A stretch of 64,000 bases of DNA, taken from Dicyema japonicum (taxonomy: Eukaryota > Animalia > Dicyemida). Made by a program: the position numbers and the translations under genes. Positions 24,608 to 37,580 of the stretch are shown here, piece by piece. The notes below the pieces were generated by a model. The model was given only the letters and a program-made list of their open reading frames with translations, ran no database searches and was not told where the DNA came from. The DNA is taken from positions 927,261 to 991,260 of the forward strand of contig RDEW01000007.1 of NCBI GenBank assembly GCA_011109175.1, given 5' to 3'. The first letter of the stretch is position 1. The number at the start of each line of letters is the position of its first letter.

Positions 24608-24939
24608 GTTATGTTATGTTGTCCATTTAAGTCGTGTCCGATCCTTGGAGATCTCACGAACGAGTTTTCTCCACTCTCCCCGATCCGTTCCAATTTGGAG
24701 TAGCCTTGATATAGGCATTCCCGTGACGTCTTTCACCGTGGATAGCCACCGAGTCCTCGGTCGACCAGATCTTCTCTTCCCAGTAATATTGCTCAGCATA
24801 ATGGTTTTTTCCAGTGAATCAGAGCGGACAACATGCCCAAAGAACGCCAATCTGTGTTTTACGATTCTTCCCTCTAGCGAAATGTCAGTCTCTACCCGTT
24901 TGAGTACATCGATCTTTGTTATTTTGGAAGTCCAAAAGA
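24608..24939 (-). mobile_element. 5'-truncated RTE LINE (second family), (ACATA)n tail, 12-bp TSD
   Basis: FFGHVVRSDSLEKTIML..GKRRSGRPRTRW; ttgctgtggaat at 24596-24607 and 24940-24951. Confidence 0.9.
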
Positions 24940-25026
24940 TTGCTGTGGAATACCGAGGTTAAATAGTATTAATAACATAATTTCTCGGTCAGTGCTCACA
25001 CCATTCCTAACATTTGTGATAGCTCT

Positions 25027-25335
25027 TTGATTACGGCGATTCCGAAAACTCAAAAATCAAAAGATGATGTCTATGTCGAAAGTGTTAGACAAATTACCAC
25101 TAACGTCCAAATCACAATTCATAATATTCATTTGGATAAAGGGTTCAAGGCGGGATTCAGATATTCCTTTCACCACTACATGATATCAGAAGATCCTCGA
25201 TGTCATTACGGACTTTCACATTTCACGCCGACAAATTCTTTAGAGACTTCGGAAATGCAAAGTATTGAAGGCAACTGCAGAAAAACCCATCAAACTACAG
25301 CAGTAAGCCGTATCATCGTTTCGACTATAGAATAA
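25027..25335 (+). pseudogene. Possible VPS13/chorein-N-like gene fragment
   Basis: DDVYVESVRQITTNVQITIHNIHL resembles the chorein-N xTQIIKNLQVKISSIHI motif; no full gene follows. Confidence 0.3.
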
Positions 25336-25679
25336 GCTTACATGGAGGTTTGCCATTTCCTCTTCAAATAAGGAGATATTCAACGGATAACTTTTTGTCT
25401 TTTTTGTCAGTATTTTTAGAAGAGTCAATAAGAAATAATGGCCATTTTTTGTGTTTCTGAACCAGGAACCCATTGGAGACAAGATCGCTCATGAGGAGGA
25501 ATCCAGAACAGCCTTGACGGAAGACACTCCAATCAACTTCATCGGCAGACATTCGCTGAGTTACTTCCAGAAAATGGGAGATCTCCAGTGGACAATTTGA
25601 GGAGAATTTGGAAATTGTTAGAAGCTGGGAACATCGAATCTGTGGTCTGAGATCGACATGACTGCCAAGTCCCAATGTA

Positions 25680-26080
25680 GCCAACACAAACAATCACAAC
25701 TAATTAATCCAAGGAAAGAACTCAAGGGAGAATGTTTGGCGACCAAATACTTCCTCCAATAGTCCATTACAGGAATTAGAAGAAAAGTGGAGTAGGTCCA
25801 CCCTCTTCCATTTTCATTACACGTCCTACCGTCTCGGACATCGCTTCATTCTTAGGCAGAAGGTAATCTTTACCGGTGGACATGGTCAGAAGGAAGGTAG
25901 GAGAATCCTTTTCAACAACTGTGTCGATCCATAAGGTGTCGTCTCGCGGTTGGGTTCGGTTGACGAGAATTGATCTTCGCTGAGAAGTTTTCCTTCTGAT
26001 TCGATCAGATGTCGACAGACTGAAACTTTTAGCGAGAGGCAACTCAACGTTGATTATGCCGGCGGGGATCACTTTGATTT
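25680..26080 (-). mobile_element. LINE 3' fragment, paralog of 51935-52310
   Basis: aagaatgaagcgatg, gactattgg and gttctttcc..attaattagtt are shared with the 52-kb copy. Confidence 0.65.
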
Positions 26081-26807
26081 TTGTGTTTTAATAAAATAAT
26101 ATTCTTAGTCTAGAAAGTTATAATCGGGTTTAGGAGACTATGAATAAACGCAATTTGAGGGCGATATTATTTATGTTCTGCTGTAGAATTTTATGATTTC
26201 ATTTGTCCTTGGAAAAAGACCTTGGTAGTGGATCAGTGAAGACAACCAGAAGTCACCTGATGTAGGAGGGCCAAATGGGGAAAGGGTTTTTTCTGTAGGA
26301 AAAATTGATAACGTAGTTTCATGACTAATGAACCTTTGGTCCCTTTTTTCTTTTGTGAGGACTAGCTTATATGATTTTAATACGCTTAAAAAATTTTACT
26401 GACAATAAAAATTTTTATATTAATAACCATTCCTGTCGTCACTTTCACCCTAAACGGAGACTCTGGTCATTCTTTACTAAGTTCCTCTAGAGAACTTGAC
26501 CGGTAAGGTTAAAATTGAGGAGCAGTTGAAATGTCATAGGTCTCCCGGAGGGTCTGGACTCTTCCCTGGGTCCATCACTAAGTCATTGCTCAGCAATTTT
26601 GTCGTATGAAGGCTCAACCTTTCTCTCAGAAGCCCCTATTTTTTCCTCTACGGTGTCCTTCACTGGTCTCAGTAAAAGTAAAATGTAAAAAACAATAATT
26701 AAAATTAGTCGATAATCCAGATGAAATTAAGAGTTTAATCCGCAAAACCGGAAAAGTGATATAAATTCAGGTAATTCCGTTAATATTTGCCCCAAAATGA
26801 ATTTCAA

Positions 26808-28270
26808 ATGCCCACAAAAACAGTTTTTGAGCAACATCATGAAGATGCCGTATATGCTGTCAGTAAAAGGGACTAATGAATCCCACGCCAGCTTTGAACT
26901 AAATAATCTAATAATTGTAGTAAATTGCTGATATTTCAGAAAGTCGGGCTGTGGGGACTTGTTCCCTTTGTCACTGGGTTCGTTCTCATGATTTTTCTCA
27001 CCTACTATCTACTTATCTCTAAAAAATCAAAGAAAATTGGAATGATTCGGAAAGTGATATCTCTGACAGCGCTAATTGGAGTCGCGTAACCGTGTTCTCA
27101 AACTTCATAGGATCCTCTTGGCTAATTCTGCTTACTCTGTATTTGAAGTGAAGAAGCAGAGCAAGGATCTGCAAAAGTCCTACTCTTCACTTGTCCTGGA
27201 GTTGAACAGTTTTCTGAGGCTTATAGTTTCGATGGATTTATAAAATTAGAATGAGAATTCTGCTTCATTTGATGAAAATATAGACAAACTCAAGATAAGC
27301 ATTAAAGCCATCGTCGACTCGCCTGATTACAAGACATTCACAAAATTGTCGAAAAATGACTTTTTGAGTGGCGCCGGGAAGACCATAAACGACACTAAAA
27401 ATCCTATTGCTGACATTGAAGGCAGTTTATCAGCCTTCAATTTATCCATATATGAAGACAGCAGAAAACAGCTGGATTCCATGGTGAACAAGCAAATGTA
27501 ATGGGTTGTTTAACTCAGACTTCCAATGATGATACTGATCTACTCAATCGGAGCCTCTTTATGCCTAATTTTAGTGGTTTTACTGTTATCGACCAAGGGG
27601 ATCGTGATAAACATGTATTTTAATCCTGATAATTCTAAGCTTTGCAGGAATTTTATTTGTCTTAGTTTCAATATTTCTGATTTTTTCGATTGTACTTTTG
27701 GGAGTTCCTATGGTCTGTTTGGGGGTAATTTTAGATACTGTCGGTCGTCTGTCGTCACATAAATCCCTTCGTTAAGAATATGGGTACCTTATTTTGCCAT
27801 TCTAGATGTCCCCTATGTGGAAGATATCATCGACTGTGACCCTAATAAAGATAACCCACTCGTAAAAATTACAAATTTTGTATTTTCAGATGAAAAATAT
27901 TTCCAGCCTCAACATGACCAAATCTATCCCCCAATCAACTCAGGATTGTAATGCACTCCCACAGTCTTATAAAAGTCCATGCAACAATGTAAAAAAAGAT
28001 ATACAAGTCTCAATATTTCATAATTTAGAATCTCCGTCTGAATGCCTCTAATTTTGTGAACAAAACTGTGAACGGTCTAAACACTACGTTGAATGTTCTT
28101 TTCAATTGTGATCAACTCCCGCAGACGATTGATGACTTGAAGTGCATAGTTTGCTGCCAATTGGGTGTTGTAGAATATGATTTGTAGTAAGAGTCTGTTT
28201 CAGGTTGGATTTTTTTCTTCGATTGGATCCCTTTTGTTTTTGCTGTTCATGTTTCAGATTCCAAGCTTTA
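26808..28270 (+). CDS. TTYH: Tweety-like (TTYH) multi-pass membrane protein; ends uncertain
   Basis: After removing 21-25-nt introns: TM1-TM2, ~110-aa loop, TM3-TM4, then C-x5-NPL (CDPNKDNPL) and C-x14-C (CDQLPQTIDDLKCIVC), then a hydrophobic C-terminus. Topology and Cys spacing match TTYH as remembered. Confidence 0.55.
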
Positions 28271-29849
28271 AGTAGGCTCTTCTTAAAGTGATTAGCTTAA
28301 TTTTGATTTCTCAGTTAATTTTTTTGAGTAATTAATTTTCGTAAGCACTCACTTTACATTTACAAATGCTAATAAAAAAGTCCCTAAGAGTAGTCAACAA
28401 AGATCTGGGAGAAACTTGGGCAGGAAAACAAGAAGGGTAATTAGACCTTTACTGGATAAGGGATCAGAAGGGAACCTTTGGTATCTTCTCGTTAACCATC
28501 AATTCAAAAAAATAATTAGAGGTAGGGAGAAAACCAAAGGCCATAAACCAGTTTTAGTGAGGCTAGAGGGTCAATAAGACACCATATGTCTCTTGTTCGC
28601 TGATGTCCCTTTATTACATCCCCCGTGAATTAAGTATCAAGAGGTGTATTGCTTATAGAAAACCAAATTTTATTTAAACACAAAAACTAAGTTAGCAACT
28701 GCTGGCTGCTCTCATAATTGAATCGTATTTTCCCATACAAATTTCAAGGAAATCCCCCAATGAGCCAGCTCCTTTCTCTCCTATCGTTTTTTCTTCCCGA
28801 TCCTGTTTAGCAGGGTAAGTGACCTGCTTCCAATGATTCCTGTCGTTTCACTGCCACTTGTTCGAATGGAGTTAATGCTTGGGGACTTGAGGCTGTCGGA
28901 TTTCTTGTCCAATTGGAATCGCTTGGACTTGCTCAAGCCAACCGAAGAACGGACGGAACCACTCTCTTCCCATGAGAGAGTAGTAAATACCTTGCCTGGT
29001 ACGCCACCTGTGTCAATAGCCTCTCTCCCTCTAATGTTTCAACGACAGCAACTGACCTAGGCTCTGCTTCAAGAAGGTTGAGATATTAAAGATAAAAAAT
29101 ACGCAGCTTATAGTATTATGTCACATGGGTGGCTTGATATCTATGGGCAGCCTGTTTTTTACGTGTTTCCATGGTAACCAAATATGGTAACAGATATTAA
29201 TTACGAATAGGATCCATTTATATCCTTGGTTGACACTGAAATTTTTTAAGATCGATTAGATCAATCTGAAAACCCTTATTTGGAGAGACATGATTGTTCT
29301 CGTCAACAGTATAAGCAGTTATTTGAAAAAGATAACTTTAAGAGGAAGGGAAAACTTCAAATTTTACATTCATTAATAACCTCTCTTATCACGGAACTCT
29401 TTACTATAAATTAATTCCGACAGCAGAGAAATTCGATTTTATTGATTCCCTCCGTGTGAGATCAGATGGAGGGATCGGCATGGGTTTCCATCTCGGACTC
29501 ACAGTCCAGAGGATTAACCAACTTTTCTGTCTTTCCTTGCAAGAAAAGTCTAAATTAAATCATAATTAAATCTATTGTTTCTAAGCAAAAAATGTGAGGC
29601 CTTTTCACGCACTCTCTGTTTCTTGTGAGTACTTATATCCTCAGGATCAATTCCACATAAGATCTGTTTAATTTTTTCATACTCGACAAGATCTCTGATA
29701 TACCCCTGAGACATAAAAATCATCAATCCATGCTGTTAAAATAAAAGAAATCAGGTTAACCATTTAATAAATACAGTTTGAATTAATTTTTATTTAGAAT
29801 TAATGAATTATTTAAATGTTTTCTGATAAGAGTCACACATGTGACATAT

Positions 29850-30470
29850 TATCGAATTGAGGTTACATTTTCAATCAAATCGATAAGCCAATTTGATAAC
29901 ATATCTGCTAACAACATCTCGTTGCTCTGATTAGAGTGCTCCACTTTAGGCACTTCACTCATCATTAAAAAGCGGTGGACTAAGGACAGATCCATGTGGA
30001 ATCCCTCTTTTTAATAAAATTTTATTTGACGATCGACTCTCTTCTAGAAAAATTATCTTAATCATATAAGAACCGAACTCCCAACACTATACTTTTCCAC
30101 ACCACATTTGGTAGCTTCTTTTGCTTCAGCCGAGTAACTCAGATTATTTTCCAGAAAATTCTAGAATATTCTTAGAAATTTCTTTATCCCATATTTTGTG
30201 ACACTTAGTTGTTGAGCGACATCAATATTCTTTCTCAATTTTTCAAATTCTCTACTTTCATTATATTTGCCTCTATTTTTTTGCTCCGTAGTTAGCCATG
30301 GAGTCTTCAAATCCACACACAGAACTTCAGATTATTTCACAAAACTTTGCACTCTTACCTTCTATGTGGGCAATCATTAGACACTTCAGGATTCTTCCAT
30401 AATCGTGGTATATGCCCATATCCTTGAAATCAACGAATTCAGGTGTTCTTACCACTCATCGGTTTTCTGA
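29850..30470 (-). mobile_element. Decayed LINE RT fragment
   Basis: KRGIPHGSVLSPPLFN (GVPQGS motif). Confidence 0.6.
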
Positions 30471-30479
30471 ACCGTTAAA

Positions 30480-30547
30480 TGTCACATGCCACTACGGTTA
30501 CAGTAAAAAAACGTTACAGTGACTTCGACGATGACCTTATTTACCAC
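30480..30547. mobile_element. Mini-derivative of the 31999-32719 TIR element
   Basis: tgtcacatgccactacggttacagtaaaaaaacgttacagt (left end) followed by tgaccttatttaccac (inner right end). Confidence 0.65.
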
Positions 30548-30753
30548 AAAATTAATTTTTACGAAGAATTTCTCTGCTATGAAGTTTAAGCAGTTAATGA
30601 TGAAAACGAATAAAACAACATAATGAACTATTTAAAGGGAAATTTTATATAGGAACATTTTATTACATTGTAGAAGTAACAAGGAACACTCCCACGCCTC
30701 TGTTTGGCTACAAATCAGACCCAAACTTACATTCGTTATCAAAAAAAATTACG

Positions 30754-31038
30754 CCTCGTGGCGCCTTTGGTGCTGCATGGCTAATTAGTTTAAATTTTAT
30801 GTTTGTTTGTCTGTTTCTCCTCTCTTATTTTATTACAGTGGCTAGTGCCAGGCCGGACGAAAAGGATCATTTGCTCTCCCCCACTTCACTGGAGGGGTTT
30901 TCACAACTCCAAATATGGACGTCTTTTTCCTTTTATGTTGATTCCGGATGGACTCTGTAGAAGTGGAAACTGGATACACTTAATTAGTTGTTTCTTTAAC
31001 TTCTCTCTCGGTGTATCCGGGGTTAATAAATTAAAATA
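30754..31038 (+). mobile_element. SINE-like element (internal ~30-bp deletion)
   Basis: Aligns end-to-end with the reverse complement of 61725-62040. Confidence 0.85.
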
Positions 31039-31165
31039 AGAAAAAGAAAAAAAAGATCATTCCTTGGTTCTACGATTAGTTAAAATTAACTGTTCTTTAC
31101 TTAAATAAAGTGTGTGTCCTGCCTATGCGGAGCTATAAATATTGATTGTAGGAAAAAAATCAAGT

Positions 31166-31282
31166 GGAAAGAAGGTCAAGCGGAAAAACAGTCAAGTCAT
31201 CTTTTTTAGTTTATATCGTATTTTTATAACATTAATAGCAACTTTTAATTTTTAACATTTTTTCCCGCTTGACTTTATTTCC
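31166..31282. mobile_element. Small MITE-like inverted repeat
   Basis: ggaaagaaggtcaagcggaaaaa ... tttttcccgcttgactttatttcc around an AT-rich spacer. Confidence 0.55.
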
Positions 31283-31684
31283 GCATGCCTAAATTTTATG
31301 GCTCTCGTGAAAAGGCTGTTAATAATAATACAAAATCGAATATCGAGTTGGAGCAAATATTATCTTTATAGTTTAAAAAACATCGGGTGTAAGGGACCAT
31401 GAGCCATGGGGTACCTTATCAGGTTAATCCAAGGCTAATCTGAGCAGAGATTTAGGGTCCAAAGCTGTCTTAGATGCACCTGTCACGAAGAAGCTCTCTG
31501 CCAAAGTCAGGGTACTGAGGCAATGTCATATATTCAGCACGCACAGAGGCCTCAGAGTTTTAGAAGGGTGATGAGAGAATTCTCACATGCTAGGATGTTT
31601 TTGTCGTTGATTTGATTGGACAATGGAAAGTGGATAGGCCACGTGGGTCGGTTTTAGTAATAACTAGCCACAATTCCAATGAAT

Positions 31685-31800
31685 AAATCATATGTTCTCC
31701 CCCACTTCACTAGGGAGGTTCCCGCAACCCCAAGGAGTGGACGTTTTCTTTTATTTTCGTTGGTTCTGAATGAACTTGTGTGTGGTATTAGAAAGTCTCT
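31685..31800 (+). mobile_element. Partial SINE-like core
   Basis: ttctcccccacttcactagggaggtt..caac..tggacgt matches the SINE core. Confidence 0.55.
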
Positions 31801-31998
31801 CTGATTCCGCGACCGTGTGAACTGAACGAATTTGATTACCTGTTAACTACTAACTTGTTTGTGTCATAATGTAAACTCAAAATTCCCCCAAGGGATTAAT
31901 TCTTCAGTCACTCCACAAACCTTAGAAAGGGGACTTAGCCCCATGATCAGGGTTATCACATACGAGTCAACTGTAAATTACTAGCAAATTATGTGTGA

Positions 31999-32719
31999 TG
32001 TCCATGCCATTACGGTTACACTAAAATAAACGTTGCAGTACTTGATTTCTTTTTTAAATTTATCAAGCCAATTAAAGACAAAATAAACAGTTCGCATTTA
32101 TTGTCTGCTCTTATAATAAAAAGCGCATTTCCCCTGACGACTTGGAAGAAAATGCGTTTAAGTTTTTCAACTTTAATAACTTTTATTAAAAAGGAAATCA
32201 AAGAGGGTATTAGTTGGCTTCTCACCACAAGTGCTGCAATCGGTTGGACTCTTCTCTGCGCTCTCAGACCATTCTTATTGTTCATTTTGTGCTGCAACAT
32301 ACGAGTCAATGATGGCATCTTTTTTAGGAAGTTTTCCATCCTTTTTTCTGATGCATCTCTGATTGACATTACTAGCAAATTTTCATCTTCATCTAGCTTC
32401 TCGTCGAGCCTTTAGTGTAGGTCAATCTTGATCCCTGCTCTCCTCGATTTTTAAAGAAGGGAGATAAAATGCTCTTTGTATGCAGTGTGATACAATCCTT
32501 CCATTCCACAGAGGAGTGATGGAATGATCGCATGTGAAGAAATAAAAACATATCCGTTTCGAGTTTCAATTTCCTTATACACAAGATCACATGGTGGGTC
32601 CGATTTTGTTTAACAGGGTCAGTGATCTTTATTATTTTTATTATTAATACAAAATAAAAAGTTAATACAGTGGTCCAGACTGACCTTATTTACCACTGTA
32701 ACCGTTGTGGCATGCGACA
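31999..32719. mobile_element. Non-autonomous Ginger-like TIR transposon (TGT...ACA, 4-bp TSD GTGA)
   Basis: Left end tgtccatgccattacggttacact, right end actgtaaccgttgtggcatgcgaca; gtga at 31995-31998 and 32720-32723; decayed coding remnant on the minus strand. Confidence 0.75.
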
Positions 32720-33092
32720 GTGAACATTCCTATTGATTCATTAATTGTGATCAATCTTTACCATCTGCACACATAATTTCAAAATCACAAAAAATCAAAG
32801 TCACAGCAAGCATAAAGTTACACTTAACTTTAATAATTGGAAAAGCCCTAACATTCCATTTACTCACTCTGACAGCACAGAATCAGACAAAATAAGACGA
32901 TGAATTAAACATTAGAAACAACCACAGACAACACCCAGGACCTTAATCTAACAGTACATCACCAACAAGACAAACCAGGTGGAGATTATTAAAACAAACA
33001 ACAAATTTGTACCCACATAAAATGAACTAAAATTCCCGCCAAATTCAAATTATTAAAGAATACCAGATCCAATATTATTAAACAGAAAATAA

Positions 33093-33900
<808 letters not shown>

Positions 33901-34969
33901 TTAACAACTTCTCCCTCCCCTTGCCAATTCCCCTAAACTTAAAAGTCATCATACGGCTTGGTTTCCTGGCCATAGAACATTAAATTCGCATATTTTGGCA
34001 TTATCGTAGACCTCAACAGTCTCAATTCCTCAGCAAACGATTCCCTTTAGTAAAATAGTGGGAATCACTTTTCGTGGAGATTCACGCTGCTTCCTTCTAC
34101 TAAGACTGTTTGTGAGAGTAAATTCCCTTGTTTTTCGTTCCTCCGCGTTTTTTCCGACTTTGTTGGAGTCTGTCGTAGGTTTTTTGAATTTTTAATCCCC
34201 CATCAGGATATGAGCAGTATCCACTTACCCTCAGTTCCAGTTTATCCTGCCGAGTAAGTAATCGTAGATACAGTCGAGAAAGGCCCCCTGTTTGCCATTT
34301 TTAATGGAGCCAAGTTTCGAGAGGGTGAAAAACTGTCCCACGTGTGGCAAAGTGAGTCGTCTGTTGAAGAAACACGTGAACAACTAGATAGTTGGTACAT
34401 CGTGCTGTTCCGAGCTAATTTCCTCTTTTAAGATTTTGATTGCGTAAGCAAAGTAAACTATGACGCAAAAGATGTTTAAGGTTAGATTTTGGTGCATGTT
34501 TGATGGATTTGGTGGAAGTGGAGAATTGACTGATGAGGTGGAGTCTCCTTGCTGTTTTGAGCTTTGCTATATTTGGATCTGAAAAGTGTAGAATTTACGT
34601 TTTTTAACCGCAAATTGTGATTTTCTCAATCAACTTAATGTAACTGTAACAATGGCAGCACTTTTGGAGTGCTGAGTAGTCGACAATGAGTATATCAGAT
34701 TGTATTACTACCGGGGACAGCGATTATTACGACATCGATAGAAAATTAGTCAACTTCCAAGGCAGAGTTGGAGGAACTCACTGAAGACGATATATCCTCG
34801 ACACACAAAGTCAGCGAACCTTAAACTTTTGGACTCAGATTATACTATGGAGCAGATTACAACTAAATTTCAGTTGTTCCCATCTTTTTGAATTACTTTA
34901 GACAATTTGCTCATTCCTCCACAAAGAAGGAGCCTGTTCTACCCTCCCAGACTATCCTATATTTCTGTA

Positions 34970-36050
34970 TTTAAAAACTTAATGCGCGACACTTTTTTTC
35001 GTTAATTTCTAACCTCATTTTTCTCTCATTAGAAGAACTTGCTTCATGTAATGTGCTAAAGTCAAGAAGATTTCGAGGAGCCTCACACAGTAGACTGAAG
35101 TTAGGAGATTCAAAAACTATAGTTTTGTTGACAAAGAATTGCCCAGAAGAGTCTCGTACCAAATACATTCGATGAGGACATTCAAAGGGCTGATAACGTG
35201 TGTATTCCTCCCCTCGTCATATACGAATTTTATATCTTCCCTCAACTTTCTTACACATTCCCATAAACGAAGATACATTTTGAATCGATGTCAACCGATT
35301 GAGCTCAGACAACCATGGATAATTTAATAAAGGAACACCAGGGTAGGAGGTGACGACTATTCGACTGTACCCTAAGACTGGTATATCTCCCACGGGGCTG
35401 GAAGCTGTAAATCATCAGAATATTCTTAAACCGAACAAACCAAGGAGAGATTATTTTAAAAAGATCCGCCTTGAGTTTGTTTTTTTTCAACATTTTTATG
35501 CCAGAATTCCCACAACTCAGATACGGGAATTCACACCTGCTTATACGATGATGTTCCCTTGGTGGTTGGTGGAGAATGAGAGTTCTGAACTTATCTACAG
35601 ATAAGACAAATTTATTCTTGTAGCTTCTCATGATTCATATTCAGTTTTTGTGAGAACTCAAAAAGTGAAAACCTTATGGTCTATCTCTTCAATTTCTAGT
35701 AGCAAGACGATCCTCTCTTTCAACATGGAAAAAGTCATCATTCAGATTCATAAATAAACAATGGAATAATGATTAACAGAAAATTGAAAAAAGTATCTCC
35801 GTTAATCTGGAGCTTCAGGAGACATAACATGGCTTTATTCCCAAGGGTATTAATGTCCTCTTATAATCTCCTCCACGCCAAAACTGTAAGCCAGGTGCAC
35901 ATTCTTCACATCGCGTCAGGTTCTGCTCTCTAAAACAAGATTAATGGTACATATTTGAAAAGTCTTGTCCCAGGAAATCGTGAGAACTGTCGGCATGGGA
36001 GATTCTCTATGTCCATCATTATTCTGAGTATATTCGGAATGGGCTCTGCA
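34970..36050 (-). CDS. Putative orphan multi-exon gene
   Basis: Open segments separated by intron-like gt..ag stretches (e.g. gtaccattaatcttgttttag), including RCEECAPG; no full model could be built. Confidence 0.25.
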
Positions 36051-36199
36051 AGACCTTAGAAAGGTTTACAACGATAACGTTAGTCTCAAACTACAAGGAA
36101 ATGCTGTTTAAGTTAGTGTCGGGACAACTTGGTTGGTGTTCCTATCCATGAACATCTCATTGTTGGATTAAACCGGTAAAACTACGTAAAAAACGAAAA

Positions 36200-36690
36200 A
36201 TGAGAAAACAAAAAACTTGGCTTTTTCCTTAATGATTCCGAAGACTTTACTGGGAAAAATTACCATCGACTATAAATTGATAAACGAATGGATAGAAAGA
36301 GGTCTTGTTTGCCTCTCCGTTCGTCTCAGACTGTATGATGTCTTTGTGAAGCCGATCTTCTTCTATAATTTGATTTCGCTGGGGAATCTAAATACTCAAA
36401 AAAGAGTCTGAGTCCCCATATGACAACCTAGGGCTCTGTTGGACCAAAATGGACAATGAAAAAAACGTTACATAAAAAATGCCTTACAAATCTGGTCACA
36501 TTTGAGAATGGAATCAATCGCATAAGTAAATGTCATCATGGGAGACTCCTCTATTTGATATTGTTAGCAAGTTGTATCTGGGAGATCGATTCCTTCCTTT
36601 CTTCCTTCCTTACTAAAAAACACTTAATATTTGGGAGATCAAGAGGTCGACAAAGTATTCTCTGGAATAATATAAATTGATATTTCAGGG
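36200..36690 (+). mobile_element. Decayed RTE LINE 3' fragment
   Basis: VRLRLYDVFVKPIFFYN and GRSRGRQ match the C-terminus of the 17.5-kb RTE. Confidence 0.7.
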
Positions 36691-36959
36691 ATATAATTTG
36701 AACTTAACAAATGGAAGGGAAAATCCTGATTTAAAAAAGGTCAAACATTCATTTTCAAAAATGAAGTATAAATGCCATTGAGGATGAGATAAATCGCAAC
36801 GGGGGTCAGTAAAAATGGTAATTTCGTGATCGACTACCATCGGTAAAATGCTCAATGGTGGGTTCGTAAACAGCCGCATATCCGCGAAAATACCGGACAA
36901 ACATTGTATTGACTTAGCTATTGAAATAAAAGTAATAATAAAGATGAAGTAACAAAAAT

Positions 36960-37300
36960 TAGATCGATTCGTCTAAGGGTGGATGGAGCAAGTTGTAATC
37001 TTCAATGGCACTTTTATAATCATTTAACCGTTCTTCCAAAAGTTGCACTCTGATCCTTTTGAGATCCTTAAAATAACACAAAAAATACATATTCGAGATC
37101 CACGACATCATACAGTCCCCGGTAGTCATCTAAATTAATATTTAATGATACCACTTAATTCTACGCCTTCTGAATGGCTTTTGATAAAATTGTCAACAAT
37201 TTCTGAGCGAATTCGGGAGAGGAAATCCATATAATATACTTGCAGTGAATACTCCTTTAATAGTGCGTTATATTTAGCTTTGTTGAAAACATAGTTATTG
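36960..37300 (-). CDS. Putative small orphan gene
   Basis: ..HSEGVEL|NDYRGLYDVVDLEY|DLKRIRVQLLEERLNDYKSAIEDY..* joined by 25- and 22-nt GT-AG introns; start not found. Confidence 0.35.
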
Positions 37301-37429
37301 GCATCGCAGTTCATTTGATATTTTTGCGCGGCTTTCCTTTTATTGGAGACAATTTTTTTGAGGAAGGAAGCAACTATTTTTCGTTCGTTTTTGAGCCGTC
37401 AAAACCACAAATTCAATTAATTTTAATTT

Positions 37430-37515
37430 TTGCAAACATGTTCGAAACAGAGGAAGACAATCGATTCGTATTCCAGCCGATCTCCGTTGAGACGTCTGGC
37501 GTTCTTGGGTGCTGG
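37430..37515 (+). mobile_element. Tiny CRE endonuclease remnant
   Basis: NRFVFQPISVETSGVLG matches RYRFTPVATESSGAVG of the CRE at 62.5 kb. Confidence 0.5.
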
Positions 37516-37580
37516 TACAGAAGTGTTTCCTCTGACAATGGACAGACTGTTTCCTCTGACAACACGCTACTGGTGCATTA

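Noticed and set aside
28780-29100. GC-richer open stretch as a gene or R2-type endonuclease
   Set aside because: No convincing motif or exon chain; left unannotated.
30803-31039. Similar small ORFs (..IICSPPLHW..) at 23514, 30803, 52347 and 63200 as a peptide gene family
   Set aside because: They are chance frames through SINE copies; starts, lengths and frames are not conserved.
34525-34560. CTGATGAG hammerhead-ribozyme core (also ctgatgac near 60290 on the minus strand)
   Set aside because: No stem II followed by GAAA and no closing helices.
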